NCBI GenBank assembly: GCA_964016885.1
Contig: OZ024742.1
Coordinates: 355,198,001-355,262,000, forward strand
Reading direction: 5' to 3'
DNA length: 64,000 nucleotides
From: Eledone cirrhosa
Lineage: Eukaryota
The notes beneath the pieces are model-generated. The model ran no database searches. It worked only from the letters and a program-made list of their open reading frames with translations, and was not told the origin of the DNA. Within the stretch, counting starts at the first letter, position 1, and each line of letters begins with the position of its first letter. The position numbers and the translations under genes are program-made. Shown here piece after piece: positions 40,506 to 54,140 of this stretch.

Positions 40506-41652
40506 GAGTAAATATAAATACATATATACTTTTATACTTTTGCACGGCTATTAAACAATGGGGATTATTTACTTATTTTGCTCGTGTTAATTTTTAGCAG
40601 AGTAATGAACAGTGATGCAAAATGTGAAAAGCTGTAGATATGAAAGGACAGCTACAGTCTTCCGAAATATGTGTCATAAAGATAACAACAAGAAACACCA
40701 TTGCTCTTAAGGTGAGTCTTTCCAACATTCTATTCCTAACAGCACTATATGTATGCGAGATACGAAAATCATATCTAGGCAAATAGATGTTTTCATCAAA
40801 ATGTGTGCGTATTTCCACAATGTCAGCTGACATAAGCATGTAACATGAAGAAATCCTTCGATTATTCAACTCCCCAAAAATGTGGTGCATTCTAGCAGGA
40901 CATCAATACCGAATCGCAGGTCACACCCAAACATTGCCAAACACCAGGCATGCAAAAAGGGGACAGTTTTGTGACTCCACCCAGACATGTAAACAGAAGC
41001 GAAGGGTATCCAAGAATATGTCTAAACATTCCAGGTTATTACAGAGGACAGACAACACCAAATTAGATTATAATAAACAACGATGAAAATATGAAATGGG
41101 TGAACATGTAGAGGTGTCCTAAATGTTTATGTCTTCTAATCTAGCTCTTCAAAAATTGAAGATCGATGAAATTTCTATCATACATAAGTGCCAGTACTGG
41201 AATCATTACGGGATACGCAATCCGGATACATCTATTCCAGCCTCCCAGGCAGGTCGCTGCCGATCGCCAGCTATTGGGGCATGAAATGGAGAGCACAATA
41301 TATATTTTTAAACGGGCCCATCTAAGGCCTGAACGTGTCCCTTGTTAACTCGCGCGAATGACGATGATGTATGTTTCTTTTTCGTACCTCTCACCATATT
41401 GTAGTTTTGGTGGTCTTATTCGCCTAGAATCGTTACATTACTCATTCAAGTAGTTTCACTTATCGAAGAGAAACCATGCTGGGGCACAGTTTTGACGATA
41501 CGTTTTAATAACCGTTACGATTGTTAGAAAGATATCTTATCTGTAAAATAAGTAAATCCCGTAAAATAGTAAAAGAAACAATGAATGTTGAATAGGTATC
41601 ATTATTGACTAAACTATTTTAAGAATCATTGCACACACACACGTACATTATA

Positions 41653-41858
41653 TCGGCAGTATCACTGAGAATCGGACGCCATGCTTTGCAGCATAGGGTT
41701 TCAGCCCTTTATGATCTGAGTTCAAATTCCACCGAGGTTAACTTTGCCTTTCATCTTTATGGGGTCGATAAAATAAAGTACCAGTCATGCATTGGGGTTG
41801 ATTTAATCGACTTTCGCCGCCCCCAAAATTTCTGGACTTTTGCCTATATAAGAAACCA
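41653..41858 (+). mobile_element. SINE family A variant
   Basis: B-box and core present. Confidence 0.8.
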
Positions 41859-42114
41859 TTATATATATATATATATATGCTTCTGCTAATATATATATAT
41901 ATCCAGGTTAACAACTAAGAGAAGCGGCTTCATTACAAGAAACTGATAGTCACACCATACTATAACGTATAACATAGATTAGTCAGTGTCTATAAATGAA
42001 ACAATGGCATAGTTTGGAGAATCTGCACATTTCTATCATTTAAGTTGGGAGAGCAATAAAACGACCCGTCCGACATCACTTGATCATGTATACATACACA
42101 CATACACACACACA

Positions 42115-42177
<63 letters not shown>

Positions 42178-42221
42178 ATAAGAGGAGGCTGAACTGGTGT
42201 AATTCCTTAAAGGTTCATTAT

Positions 42222-42275
42222 GATATGATCATTTCAATGACCAGGTTCAGTATGAATCCGGTGACATCATCAGGT
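42222..42275 (-). ncRNA. Hammerhead-like motif near a (TA)n run
   Basis: CTGATGA-long imperfect stem-GAAA-TGATCA-TA with palindromic stem III; stem I not evident. Confidence 0.4.
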
Positions 42276-42439
42276 ATTCGAAATTTAACAAAGTCGAGCC
42301 TCCTGTTATTTTATTCTAATTAACTCCGTACTCGCACCACCAACAACAAACACGAAGACGTAATGCAACTCACCCTTCTTTGTTTGTGTTGTTGGCACTG
42401 CGAGTACGGAGTTAATTATTATAAATTAACAGGAGCCTA

Positions 42440-42550
42440 AGTTCAAATATCGTCGAGGTTAACTTTGTCTTTCATCCGTACCGGGTCTATAAAATGATGT
42501 ACCAGTAATGTACTAGGTGATTGCTGTCCTTGTGCCAACATTAGAAACAA
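42440..42550 (+). mobile_element. SINE family A, 3' half
   Basis: agttcaaat..gaggttaactttg..ttgtgcca..tagaaac. Confidence 0.75.
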
Positions 42551-42614
42551 AGGAAACAATAAATAAAGAAATATATCTATATATCTGTCTATCTATCTAT
42601 ATATATAGAGAGAG

Positions 42615-42990
42615 ATATAAAGGAAGGTGAGATTAGAGAGAGAGGTTTTACACCCTAATGAATTCGCTGAAAGGTGGGTGAATGTGGCGAAAATGGCCCA
42701 AGTGAATGGGCTTTCTCTGTATAGAAACCTGTAGGTTCAAGAAGATAAACAGAGAGAAGACAAGAACACCTACAAAACGTGTTCCTGGTGTTGAGGGTTA
42801 TTCTATCCAAGGGGTGTAAAACAACCCTGCAGTATCGTTCCCCCCTATTGGGGATATCAATTTTTATTTTATTATATATAGTTTATTGTTATTTATTAAT
42901 GTTAAATTATTTTCATGTAAAACCCCGGCCGTGACGTCTTGTAATGTCCCATTTTTGTACGCCCCTGTCACAAATTAAGAAAGATATATA
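42615..42990 (+). mobile_element. 5'-truncated L1/Tx1-type LINE 3' end
   Basis: RLEREVLHPNEFAERWVNVAKMAQVNG matches RMEREVLHPSRFYESWVKVARMARVNG at ~58263-58342; similar 3' UTR. Confidence 0.85.
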
Positions 42991-43232
42991 TATATGAAAA
43001 AATTTAGGACAACGACGACTGAGCTCCGATCATTTCGTCAGAGAGATCCTAACGGATGCCACTCTACTGCCCTATATATCGAGTACTCTGTTGTGTTACG
43101 GCCCCCCTCGTCTCTTAACACACTTATTTGTTATATATATATATCCAGGGGGAGTGTAACGCGGAGTTACTCTAGGTTCTCCCGGTTAACAACTCGATGT
43201 TTAGGTGCACGTCGGTATCGAGGTGTAGAGCT

Positions 43233-43417
43233 CGGTGGATTGGCAGTATTGGTAGGGTGTCGAACCGCATGATTTGACGTATAGAGTTACGGCCCTTGCA
43301 ATCCTGAGTTCAAATGCCGCCAAGGTTCACTTTGCTTTTCATCCTTACGGGGTCGTTAAAATAAAGTACCAGTAATGCACTGGGTAATCGCTGGCCTTGT
43401 GCCTAACGTAGAAACAC
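43233..43417 (+). mobile_element. SINE family A
   Basis: Full-length match. Confidence 0.85.
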
Positions 43418-43859
43418 ATATATATATGGCTTACTAAATGTCTATTTATAACCATATTTCTTTAGAAATACGAAATTTAAATATTTATCTCTATAAAGCT
43501 ATTTACGAAGTTAAATTCTTATTCTATTCTATTATAAGTTGAGCCACCTAGTGCAGCTTCATTCGCAGAACGGTTCACCGGCTCATTTACACAGACAAAC
43601 ATCTATATATTTTCGCCTGGTTTCAAAGTCAACAGCTGCACGTGCGGGAGAGATCCTCTTGACCTCAACCAGTACAGTTCGAAATGCATCGACGATTGTT
43701 CCCCATTGCTTTTGTCGCACCGTTGGGTGGCATTAGCTGCCAAAGTTTTCTGTAGCTATGGCTTTCTAAATGTTTATTTACAAACCTACCGTATTGCTTC
43801 AGAAATACGAAATTCAAGTACATATTTGTATACAGTTATGTTGGTAGCTGAATTCCAAT

Positions 43860-43995
<136 letters not shown>

Positions 43996-44831
43996 TGTGT
44001 GTGTGTGTGTTTGTGTGTAGTGTGTGTGTGTGTGTGTGTGTATAAGTATATATAGTAGAGTTGGAAAAGCTAACAGAAAGACCGTTGTTGAGATATCTAG
44101 ATAATAAACGTAAGAATGACAAATTTGTAAGTGAAGAAGGGATTTGTAAAAATGATAGTAGGTGAGATGGTGGCAAAGCACTAAGAAAGATACCGTAAAA
44201 GCAAGATTAAAATGAATAGAGATCTATTGATAGGGGAAGAATTAGTGAATAGGAATGTGTTAATAACAATGTTTTAAAGTGATCTGTCGAGTGCAAACTT
44301 TTATAATTAATGTCGCTTTATTTTACAGATGACGAAATTTCGGTCTGGGTTTTGAATGAATCTCTATTTAACTCCTCTCTCGATGAGTTTGCATGAAGTG
44401 TTGTTTCATTCATAAGACGCATTCAAGCACATATATCTAGATATTAATTGGTGCATAATGTAATCGAATAATTCAACTAAATAATTTGCCAATATTTCGT
44501 CTCGTCCAAACACAGAGAAAGAACAATTATGTTTCTCTGTTGTCAAGGAAAATACAAAAAATATCCCAAAACTAAAACAAACGCAGTTCATTTATATTTG
44601 TTAATATTTTCAGATGAATTTAAATCGTCTGGTCATTCTTATTATAAGCAAATATGTCTGTCTTGTCACCTAATTTCATAATATGTACGCACAGCATGAG
44701 AGAAATATAGAAAAAAAGGAAATGAACGAATATAACTTTTTAAAAATCATAATAGAATTAAAATAGTATCGACAACTCATCTAAACTTGGTAAATATTTT
44801 CCTCTTTTTAAATCATGACGCCATCGGCCAT

Positions 44832-45503
44832 TGTTAGATGTCAAATAAATTATATAAGTTGTTAAATAATGATCAGTGTTATATTGTATAAAGGGGAGAC
44901 GTGAATAAAGGAAAGGATCCATAACTCATTAAGAAATATGTTTGCCTTAATGGCTGAGAGCTTGTCTTGAAGATTGGAAACGTGGCCTAGTGTTAAGGTT
45001 GATGGAACTACAATCATAATGTTGTTGGTTCACTTTCTCGACTATAGAGTGTGTTGTGCTCTTGAGCAAAACATTTTATTTCCCGTTGCTCAAATATACT
45101 CAACTGGAAATGAGTAACAGCATCAGACGTGAGTCACATTGCGTCCTATCCCAAAGGATATATTTGTATGTTCAATTGCTTAACACAAAATAAACTGGGG
45201 GAACAACACATTGATGCCCCTTCGGGGTCGAGAGAGATTTTAGACTTTAAAGGCCCACCCCTTTTCCAAATCTGAACACAACTAAAATGTAGGGGGAGAG
45301 AAGTTCTCTCTACTGGACGCCTACATAATTTATCAAGATCGAAATGATGAAAGACAAAGTTGATCTCGACAGATTATGAACACAGAACACCGTGGGCTGT
45401 CATATATACCAAGGCATCTTTAATCAGGAAACTTGTGAAACCGGTAAAGATAAAATTGATTGCAAATAAAATTTAGTCTCCAATTATATTTCTAACTCTT
45501 TCG

Positions 45504-45534
<31 letters not shown>

Positions 45535-45779
45535 GCATTTATATATGTATGTATATATATATATATATACATAAGCAGTTCCAACGGCTTCAGCCCTACC
45601 GTTGGGTTCTTACTTTTTCCTATTACCAACTCTACTAACCTTAGTATTGAGTACTCGGTGCGTTATGGTCCATATTTCTTCATGACTTATGGATCCTTTC
45701 CTTTATTCACGTCTCCTCTTTATACAATATAACACTGATCATTAATTAATAACATATATAATTTATTTGACATCTAACA
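44832..45779. repeat. Inverted repeat pair 44832-44940 and 45671-45779
   Basis: ~110 bp arms; the right arm abuts (TA)n; the interior contains other repeats. Confidence 0.8.
44976..45130 (+). mobile_element. SINE family B (tRNA head plus CORE-like segment)
   Basis: gtggcctagtgttaagg..gttgtgctcttgagcaaaacattttatttc. Confidence 0.55.
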
Positions 45780-46004
45780 TATATATATATATATATATAT
45801 ATAAACAAATATATATTTAATTTGTTGGTATTTCCACAAATATATTCATAGCAGATGTATATATATAGGTGTGTGTGTATGTGTGTGTATGTGTGTGTGT
45901 GTGTGTTTAGAACAAACATGTGCTGACTGGTGTCCGGCACGGCTTCTAATCGGGTTCGTGTGTTTACAAACGAATGGAACATTAATATTAGTATTCGGTG
46001 TAGA

Positions 46005-46195
46005 GGATGGTGGTTCGGCAGTATCCGTAGACGGTCGGGTACCATGCTTTGCAGCAAAGAGTTACGGCCCTTTATGTTCTGAGTTCAAATCTCGCCGAGG
46101 TTAACCTTGCCTTTTATCCTTAAGGGGTCGATAAAATAAAGCACCAGTAATGCATTGGAATAATTGGTGGCCTTGTGCCCAAAGTATAAACAATT
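46005..46195 (+). mobile_element. SINE family A
   Basis: Full-length match. Confidence 0.85.
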
Positions 46196-46241
46196 ATTAT
46201 TAGTTTTTGATATAACACATACGTGTGTATATATATGTATG

Positions 46242-46284
<43 letters not shown>

Positions 46285-46301
46285 GTGTGTACGTATGTAT
46301 A

Positions 46302-46340
<39 letters not shown>

Positions 46341-46348
46341 GTATATTT

Positions 46349-46541
46349 AATATAGAAAAGGCTTCTACAGTGATAGAACTGTTCACATTCGGGAGAAATC
46401 ATCAGGAGGCCCCGATGACTTATCCCGAAGGAAACAGTTCTAGTCCTGTAGAAGCCTTGTCTATATTAATTATTTATAGACTGCTTTGTATTGCGTACCT
46501 TACATACTGTGGTTACCCCCGATTGAACCCGGGATAAACTT
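46349..46541. mobile_element. Short PLE-end foldback (arms ~46349-46406 and 46411-46467) plus tail
   Basis: Homologous to 11479-11635; flanked by (TA)n. Confidence 0.75.
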
Positions 46542-46542
46542 A

Positions 46543-46591
<49 letters not shown>

Positions 46592-47415
46592 CCGTCGAAA
46601 CGGCTTGAGCTTTGCCGTCGGGGTTAAATATGTTCTATATACATATATATATATACTACTAAAACTCTGATATTGCATGCTTGCTTGCTTGTCTGTTATG
46701 TATGTAATACAGCCAAAATGGTGCATAATGGGTTAATACTTTGAAAGCAAGTTGCCTCTGAAATGGGAATACAAATTGAATAAAACAAGTTTCGCGAAAA
46801 TCTGACCTCGAGTTCCCGAGATTCGCGGGTTTTGGGGGGTACCTTCCTAAATAGCCACAACGGTGCATACTGAGAAAATACCTCGAAATTAACATAACCC
46901 TGCAAAACTTTGTATATAGCCAAAACATTGCATAATGAGAAAATACTCCGAATAAAATAAATTTGACGTAAATCGCACATGGATAATATTTTCAATTTTC
47001 CATAAATAGCAACAATTCATCTAAATTCAATTTATCTTATTTCATAATGAATATCGAAAGAAATAAACCATTTGTTTTTTGGTTGTCCATTCTGTTTGTA
47101 AGAAAGACAGAGTGGGGGTTAAACAGATAAAGAGAGAGAGAGAGGGGGTTGAGAGAGAGAAAGTGAGAGTGAGGGTTAGAGAGATAAAGAGAGACAGAGT
47201 GAGGGGATGAGAGAGAGGGAGTGGATGACAGATAGAGAAAGAGACAGCGTCCTTAACTTATATTTATTTTAACTCTCCCCATCCATAACGTTATTTCTTT
47301 CTCTCTCTTTCACTGTTATACTACCACCGTGTGTATATGTATGTGTATGTGTGCCAGTTCATGTGTTTACGTACTTAGAGACATGTGTGTGTATATGTGT
47401 GTACTTAAGTTAGAG

Positions 47416-47467
<52 letters not shown>

Positions 47468-47470
<3 letters not shown>

Positions 47471-47638
47471 GATAAATCTACCAAGAGTTTACGGTAGTGT
47501 CCAATCCGTATGAAGAACTCAATGTAATCCGGATATCATGGAAAGAAGAGATGCAATGAAAAATCACTTTCGGTGAAAGATAAACGGAATACAGAGTCAA
47601 GATAAAATATTAAAAACATTTTTTTTTAATATTTTATA
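47468..47638 (-). mobile_element. PLE-like terminal stub (tail plus tiny foldback) nested in (TA)n inside the Helitron
   Basis: Homologous to 11107-11150 and 33570-33700; ends in the hairpin ataaaatattaaaaa..tttttaatattttat. Confidence 0.6.
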
Positions 47639-48402
47639 TATATATATATACAGTTTGTGTGTGTAGGATACCTTCGTAAATAGCCAAAACGGTGCATAAT
47701 GGAAAATAGCCATGTAAGTGAGATAACTCTGAAATGGGGATAAAACACTTTTGACTTAAATCGACATAAAAATATTTCTCGAATGATGAAAATAGTTTAA
47801 TAATTTATTAAAAAAAGATTTTTCAGTGATTTCTCAGTGAATATGATTTCAAAACTACAAGTTGTATGTAATTCAAGTATCTATATTTGAACTTTTTTTA
47901 AACAGACGATATTTTAATTATCAGAAATGCATTAAGTGAATATCACTGAAAAATACCAGTTGGTGTTAAATAGTAGGTGTTTATATTTTTGCTTTTGTTT
48001 AAAAGAATATTTCAATTATTTAGAAATATTTTAAAGTGAATATGATTTCACAAATAACTTTATTTACATAGACTATATCTTAATTTTTTAAAAAATTATT
48101 TTCAAGTGAATACGATGAAAAACATAATTATTGGCATATTTAAAAAATATTCTTAAGTGAAAATGATTTAAAAAATACAAATTATTTATACACTGAGTAT
48201 ATATATTTCAGCTTTCTTTAAACAGAATATTTTAATTATTAATAAGTAATGTTTAAGTGAATATGATTTGAAAAATACGAGTTGTTTAAACAGACAATAT
48301 TTTCATTATTTAGAAATATTGCTAAATGATGATTTTAAAAAAATATTTGTTGAGGTAATAGGAATGTTTTCTAAGGTGAATACGATTTTCTATTCTTAAA
48401 TA

Positions 48403-49160
48403 ATGCCCCGACGAGGAAGAAAGAAAACATCTGGTCGGTCTATCGATTGTGGAAAGAAAGCACGGCTAAGGAAAGCCGAAGAAGGTGAGCAAAATAGTGA
48501 TCAACGCCAACAGGATCGGGACAGGCATGTGAATAGAGGGATCGATGAGACTGATAAACAAAGGCTGCGCGTCTGGCCGAACAGAGGAAAATAGACAGAA
48601 GCAGGAGAGATCATGAATCGGATGGTCGGAGAGCCGAGCATCAGGCGGAACAGAGGGAAAGAGACAGAAGCAGGAGAGATCATGAATCGGATGGTCGGAG
48701 AGCCGAGCATCAGGCGGAACAGAGGGAAAGAGACAGAAGCAGGAGAGATCAAGTATCGGATGGTAGGAGAGCTGCGCGTCTGGCGGAACAGAGGGAAAGA
48801 GGCAGAAGCAGGAGAGATCAGGTATCGGATGGTCGGAGAGCTGCGCGTCTGGCGGAACAGAGGGAAAGAGGCAGAAGCAGGAGAGATCATGAATCGGATG
48901 GTCGGAGAGCTGAGCGTCTGGCGGAACAAAGGGAAAGGGTCAGAAGCTGGAGACATCATGAATTGGATGGTCGGAGAGCTGAGCGTCAGGCGGAACAGAG
49001 GGAAAGAGACAGAAGCAGGAGAGATCATGAATCGGACGGCCCGAGAACAGAAGATCTTTGCCAACAAACCATTAGGGATAGAGCAAGGACAGTTCAACGA
49101 CGTGACCTCTCTGCTGACGTTGGACAGATGAATAAGATCTGTGTCTGTTGTCATGCAATG
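48403..49160 (+). pseudogene. Helitron RepHel N-terminus with 69-bp (23-aa) STPR-like tandem repeats
   Basis: About 6-7 units of ESDGRRAE(H/R)QAEQRERDRSRRDH, followed by VGQMNKICVCCHA (start of a Zn finger); frameshifted. Confidence 0.75.
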
Positions 49161-50345
49161 TATATATATTGTTGTTGCGTCATCTGGCATTGCCGCAACA
49201 CTGCTGCCTGGTGGAAGAACAGCGCATTCTAGGTTCAAAATAGCGATAGTAGTGAAAGAAAATGGTCTGTGCAACATTGATAAAAACTCAAAGAGGGCAA
49301 ACCTATTCCAGCATACAAGGCTGATTGTTTGGGATGAGTGTCCTATGATTCGGAGGGAAAGCTTGGAAGCTGTTGATCTCACTTTGCGTGACATATGCGA
49401 CAACAATGGGGCATTCGGTGGAATTTTGACAATTTGCTGTGGCGATTTCTATCAGCTTCTTCCGGTAGTGAAAAGGGGAAATGAAGCGAACGTGGAAAAC
49501 ACCTGCATTAAAAAATCCTACTTATGGCGAAGCTTCAAAAGATTTCAGTTGAAGGCAAACATGCGATTGGGTGGGGGAGCAGGAGACTATTCACAATCTC
49601 TATTGGATATTGGAGAATATAAGACTAAAAAAACCTTGAAAATGAGGAAATTACTTTACCAAAAGAAATGGTTCTCCAAGCAACAACTACGTAAGAATGT
49701 ATTGATTTCATCTACCCCTCATTCGACAATCAAGCTGAAGTGCTTTCGAACAATTGCATCTCAGTACCTCTCAATGAAATGAGAAGCATCAATTCCACCT
49801 GTATCAGACGCTTCCCTGGAACCATAAAATAGTACCGATCCTATAATTCTGTGAGGATGGTGCCAATGCCATTCATTTCCCGACTGAATTCCTTGATTCG
49901 GTTGAACTATCAGGACTGCCACCACATAACCTGGAATTGAAAAAAAGGATCGCCAATAATTCTTATGGGAAACTTGAATCCTCCAAGGCTTTGTAATGGA
50001 ACGCGCATGATCGTGGAAGAACTGCACGACAGTCTCAGAGTAGCAAGATTCAACACTGCTGCTTTCAGAAATGAGATCGATATGATACCTAGAATAAGAA
50101 TTAATCTATCCGAAGGTGAGGATATCCCTTTGCAGCGAAACCAATTCCCAGTTCAATCGTGCTTCGCTATGACTATTCAGAAAGCACGAGGACAAACTAT
50201 GGAAAACGTTTAGTTTATATGGAACGACTTGTATTCCAACACGGTCAACTGTATGTAGCCGTTAGCCGCGGATAACGAAAGAAAATGTTAGTGTTTCAGA
50301 AGGAAACCTATTCAACTATAATGTTGTCATCAACAGCATTCTTTT
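49161..50345 (+). pseudogene. Helitron Pif1-family helicase remnant
   Basis: ASSGIAATLLPGGRTAHSRFKI, LIVWDECPM, FGG..GDFYQLLPVV, NLNPPRLCNGTR, QFPVQSCFAMTIQKARGQT, FQHGQLYVAVSR. Confidence 0.95.
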
Positions 50346-50783
50346 GAACAAACTGTAACAGCGTCAATGTGAGAAAATGTTGATTCCGACGTCATAAAAT
50401 GAAAGGAAAAGAAAAACTAAGACACGTAAGAATAATTTCTTTCAATGTTTTGTAAATAAAACCAGCTTTTCATTTACATTGCAACTTTTTAAACATAAAT
50501 ATCTTTCAGAACAAACAGTCAAGCATCCATAGAGATATAGAAAAAAGAATTTTGAAGAGGAGTGATTGGATAGCTATTATTGAAAAATCATTTGATATTT
50601 TCTTTGTGCAAATGCATGTGAATAATACAGTGAAAAGACAAGTTTCACGTAAATCGGACCACGGGTTGCCGAGATACGCGGGTTTTTTCGGGTAACTTTC
50701 GAAATAGCCAAACCAGCGCATAATGGGTACATTCTTTGAAAGTAAGGTACCTTTGAAATGGGAATACAAACGCAGATAGTGGT

Positions 50784-50820
<37 letters not shown>

Positions 50821-51000
50821 GAAAGAGCTGTTGGTGTTGTTGAATGAACTTATGACAGATGACTTCAAAGAATTGAATAAAGCATTACTGTGTCTAGCTG
50901 GAATTTGGTGACTGAATAATAAGTTATATGTATCTTATAACTTGTGTTAGGACAGGATGTATGTGTGTGTGCGTCTCTAACCACCGTATATAGGCCACAG

Positions 51001-51147
<147 letters not shown>

Positions 51148-51299
51148 TATATACATGTACATATACACACACACATACACGTATATATATATATTGGCTT
51201 TCCAATGTTATTTTACATTATATACATTTTGTGTAGATTTTAATTATTTAAAAATTATTATTAAGTGAAAACATGACCCAACGGGTCACGGGCGGTCTA

Positions 51300-51349
<50 letters not shown>

Positions 51350-51539
51350 ATATATGTATATGTCTAGAGTTATACTTTTAGGCATGTTCCCGGATATGAA
51401 ACTATCTGTTGACGTATATTGTATATTTGGAGGGTTGTTTTACGGTGTGAAAACACTAAAATACGTGACCTATTCCCATTGACAGAATTCCTTTCCCAAC
51501 ATATCTATTTAACTATCATTTCCTCTGTTTGTATACCTA

Positions 51540-51750
51540 TCCTTTCCCATCTGCCTCCTGAAGTTGAGGGTTGTTATATCGACTGCGGATTAAACAACCC
51601 GTTTGGAACGCCTCCCCCTATTGGGGATTTCGATTGTTAAATTTGTTTGTTTTAATAATATATTTACACAATTGTATGTAAAATCCCTTGCATGTGTCTT
51701 TGTATTGTCCCCTTTTCTCTTGTGCCCCCTTGTGGCAATTAAATAAATAT
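51540..51750 (+). mobile_element. L1/Tx1-type LINE 3' UTR fragment
   Basis: gttgagggtt..acaaccc..ccccctattgggga..tgtaaaa..tgtccc matches 42790-42980. Confidence 0.7.
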
Positions 51751-51815
51751 ATCTATCTATTTACCTACTTACCTAGCTAGATATCAATATAATTATCAAT
51801 ATTTCTATTCATCTG

Positions 51816-51897
<82 letters not shown>

Positions 51898-51901
<4 letters not shown>

Positions 51902-54050
51902 AGTAAAAAGGAAAAGAAAATACTGACAGATATTTTCCAGTGAAAAATAGTTTAATTAGGAATAAGTATAAATTAGTAATTAGTAATGGTTATTATTCAG
52001 TGTTAGTCTTAAGTTTGTTACCGGTTGCGCATTTCAAATGCTTTTCAAAAATAATTTTGAGATGGAGCGTTCGGGATTTGGTTGGTTGTTGAATGTCACG
52101 TGAATAAGCACTATAATTTTGATTGGTCAGTAGAAGTCACGTGAATGTTCAATAAAAAAGAGGTGAAATGATGTATAGTATTATCATAACACCAATGTGT
52201 GAATGAGTGTGTCCAGCTTGTACGTACTGCAAGGGAATCCATTAGGCTCTGCCGTATGGGATACTGGTGGATATAAATGTATGTAGGATGTATGTTGAAG
52301 TGGGTATGTATGTGGACGTGTGTATGTTGTGGCTTAGTCTTAGGTAGAACTATTTAGACGGGGTCCGTATTGTTAATAAAATGAGATTCCTTGCAGATGC
52401 GCTGCGTGTGGGTGGCATTATCTTTAAATTTGTAGAGGGGAAAGATTCTAAAGTTGTGATGATATGGGGCGGCACATGTATCAATGTGTTCACTCAGCGA
52501 TATTTTACTGTATTCCCGTATTTTAATTTTAGATCTATGGACAGTCATGCGTTGGCGGAGGCTGTTTTTAGTCTGGCCTAGGTATTGTTCTCGACAACAT
52601 GAGCAAGTTAATACATATATTAGGTTTTCTGATCCGCATGTGAAATTGTGCTTTACTATAAAACGTTGTCCCTGTTTGAAATAGAATTCCGAACCCTTTA
52701 TTAGGTTGATGCATATGCTACAGTTGGGTCTATCGCATTTTTTTACTGTGGGTTTCGTTGTTGTCGTTGGTAGTACCTTGGCATGTGTTAGAATGTTTTT
52801 CATTATCTATTATGATATCGTGTGTTCGAAGGATTTGGCTCATTCTATGGTCCTTCTGTAACACAAGAGGATGGTGTCAAAGCGTCATTGTTGAGGGGGT
52901 TGTGTGTGGAGCTCTATGGAAGAGCTTTTAGTTTCGGTTGGTTTGCTTTTGGGTGTCTACGCTCCTGGGTACTGAGTTTCAGGGCACGTTGGATTCCATT
53001 GTCAATTAGTGATGCAGGGTAGTCCCTGTCTATGAGTGTGTCCTTTAGTTCTTGTAGCCGTAAGAGAACAGGTGTTTTTATTGGAGACTATAGTACACAT
53101 TCTCTTGGCTAAGTTGGCAAGAGTTGTCAAGAATTGAAAGGAAGATATTGCTTGGAGTCTGTGGGCTTCTAGTATATGTCTGTTTCTATTTTACTGTTAT
53201 GAATCTTAATGAGGATGTCGAGGAAGGGGAGTTGTTGATGGCTGTATTCAATCGGAAAATTAATATTCGTGTAGAGCCCATTTATAATGGTGTGAAAATC
53301 TTTAAGTTTCTCGATGTTTCCGCTTCCAGTTCTTTTCTATGTGTGAGTGGAGAGTTTTTCCAAATGTATTTAGTACTTTAGTGCAGAGGGTGATTTCCAG
53401 GTATCCCATGACAAGGTTGCCATAAGTGGGGGCGGTTTTCCTTCCCATGGTCCCAGATTTCTGCCTGTAGGATTTGTTTTTGAAAACAAAGTAATTGTTC
53501 TCCAAGAAAAAATTGAGTATTTCTATTATAAATTCCTTTTTAATGCGTTGTGGGAGTTCATTGTGGAAATTAACCAGCCAGAATTGGATAGCTTCTATTC
53601 CTAGGTTGTGAGGGATGATGGAGTATAGGTTAACTACATCGAACGTCACTAGTACGGTTTGTTCAGTAAAGGGTATATTAGGGTGGTTGTTGAGCATATC
53701 TAGGTCGTCCCTTATATAGCCTTTAATGTGTTTGAGAAAAGGCTTGAGAAGGGTATCAATGAAGTTCCTAAGGCGGTGGGTTACGCAAGCTGGGCCTGCT
53801 TGAGATCATTGGGTAAGGGGACATTGATGACTATGTTTGTGGCTTCATTGCCTGCCTTACCTATTAATTCGCTTGTATATACTTTAGCGATACCGTAGAA
53901 AAGGCTGAACTTACTTGTGAAGCCTGTGACGAAGCTGAGTTCCTTGTTAGTGAGTCCTTCGTTGTATTGGTTGATCAGAGAGTTTAGGCTTCTCATAATT
54001 TTCTCTTGATTGTAGTTTTCAGGCTTTTCGTAGTATGTTTCGTTTTCCAA
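51898..54050 (-). mobile_element. Neptune-like PLE, decayed RT plus GIY-YIG plus 3' UTR
   Basis: LVTFDVVNLYSIIPH, GTMGRKTAPTYGNLVMG, KCDRPNCSIC, NLIYVLTCSCCREQYLGQT; hammerhead-like motif at ~52015-52055. Confidence 0.9.
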
Positions 54051-54140
54051 AGTGGAAAACCTCTATTATTTTAATATATATACATGCCTACCTAGCTAGA
54101 TATCAATACATCTATCAATCTTTCTATTTATCTATCTATA

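Noticed and set aside
48570-49040. Regularly spaced repeats as a CRISPR array
   Set aside because: Contiguous tandem units with no unique spacers, no cas genes and a eukaryotic context.
48501-49406. 301-aa minus-strand repeat ORF and the 172-aa plus ORF at 48613
   Set aside because: Antisense or off-frame readings of the Helitron 69-bp repeats.
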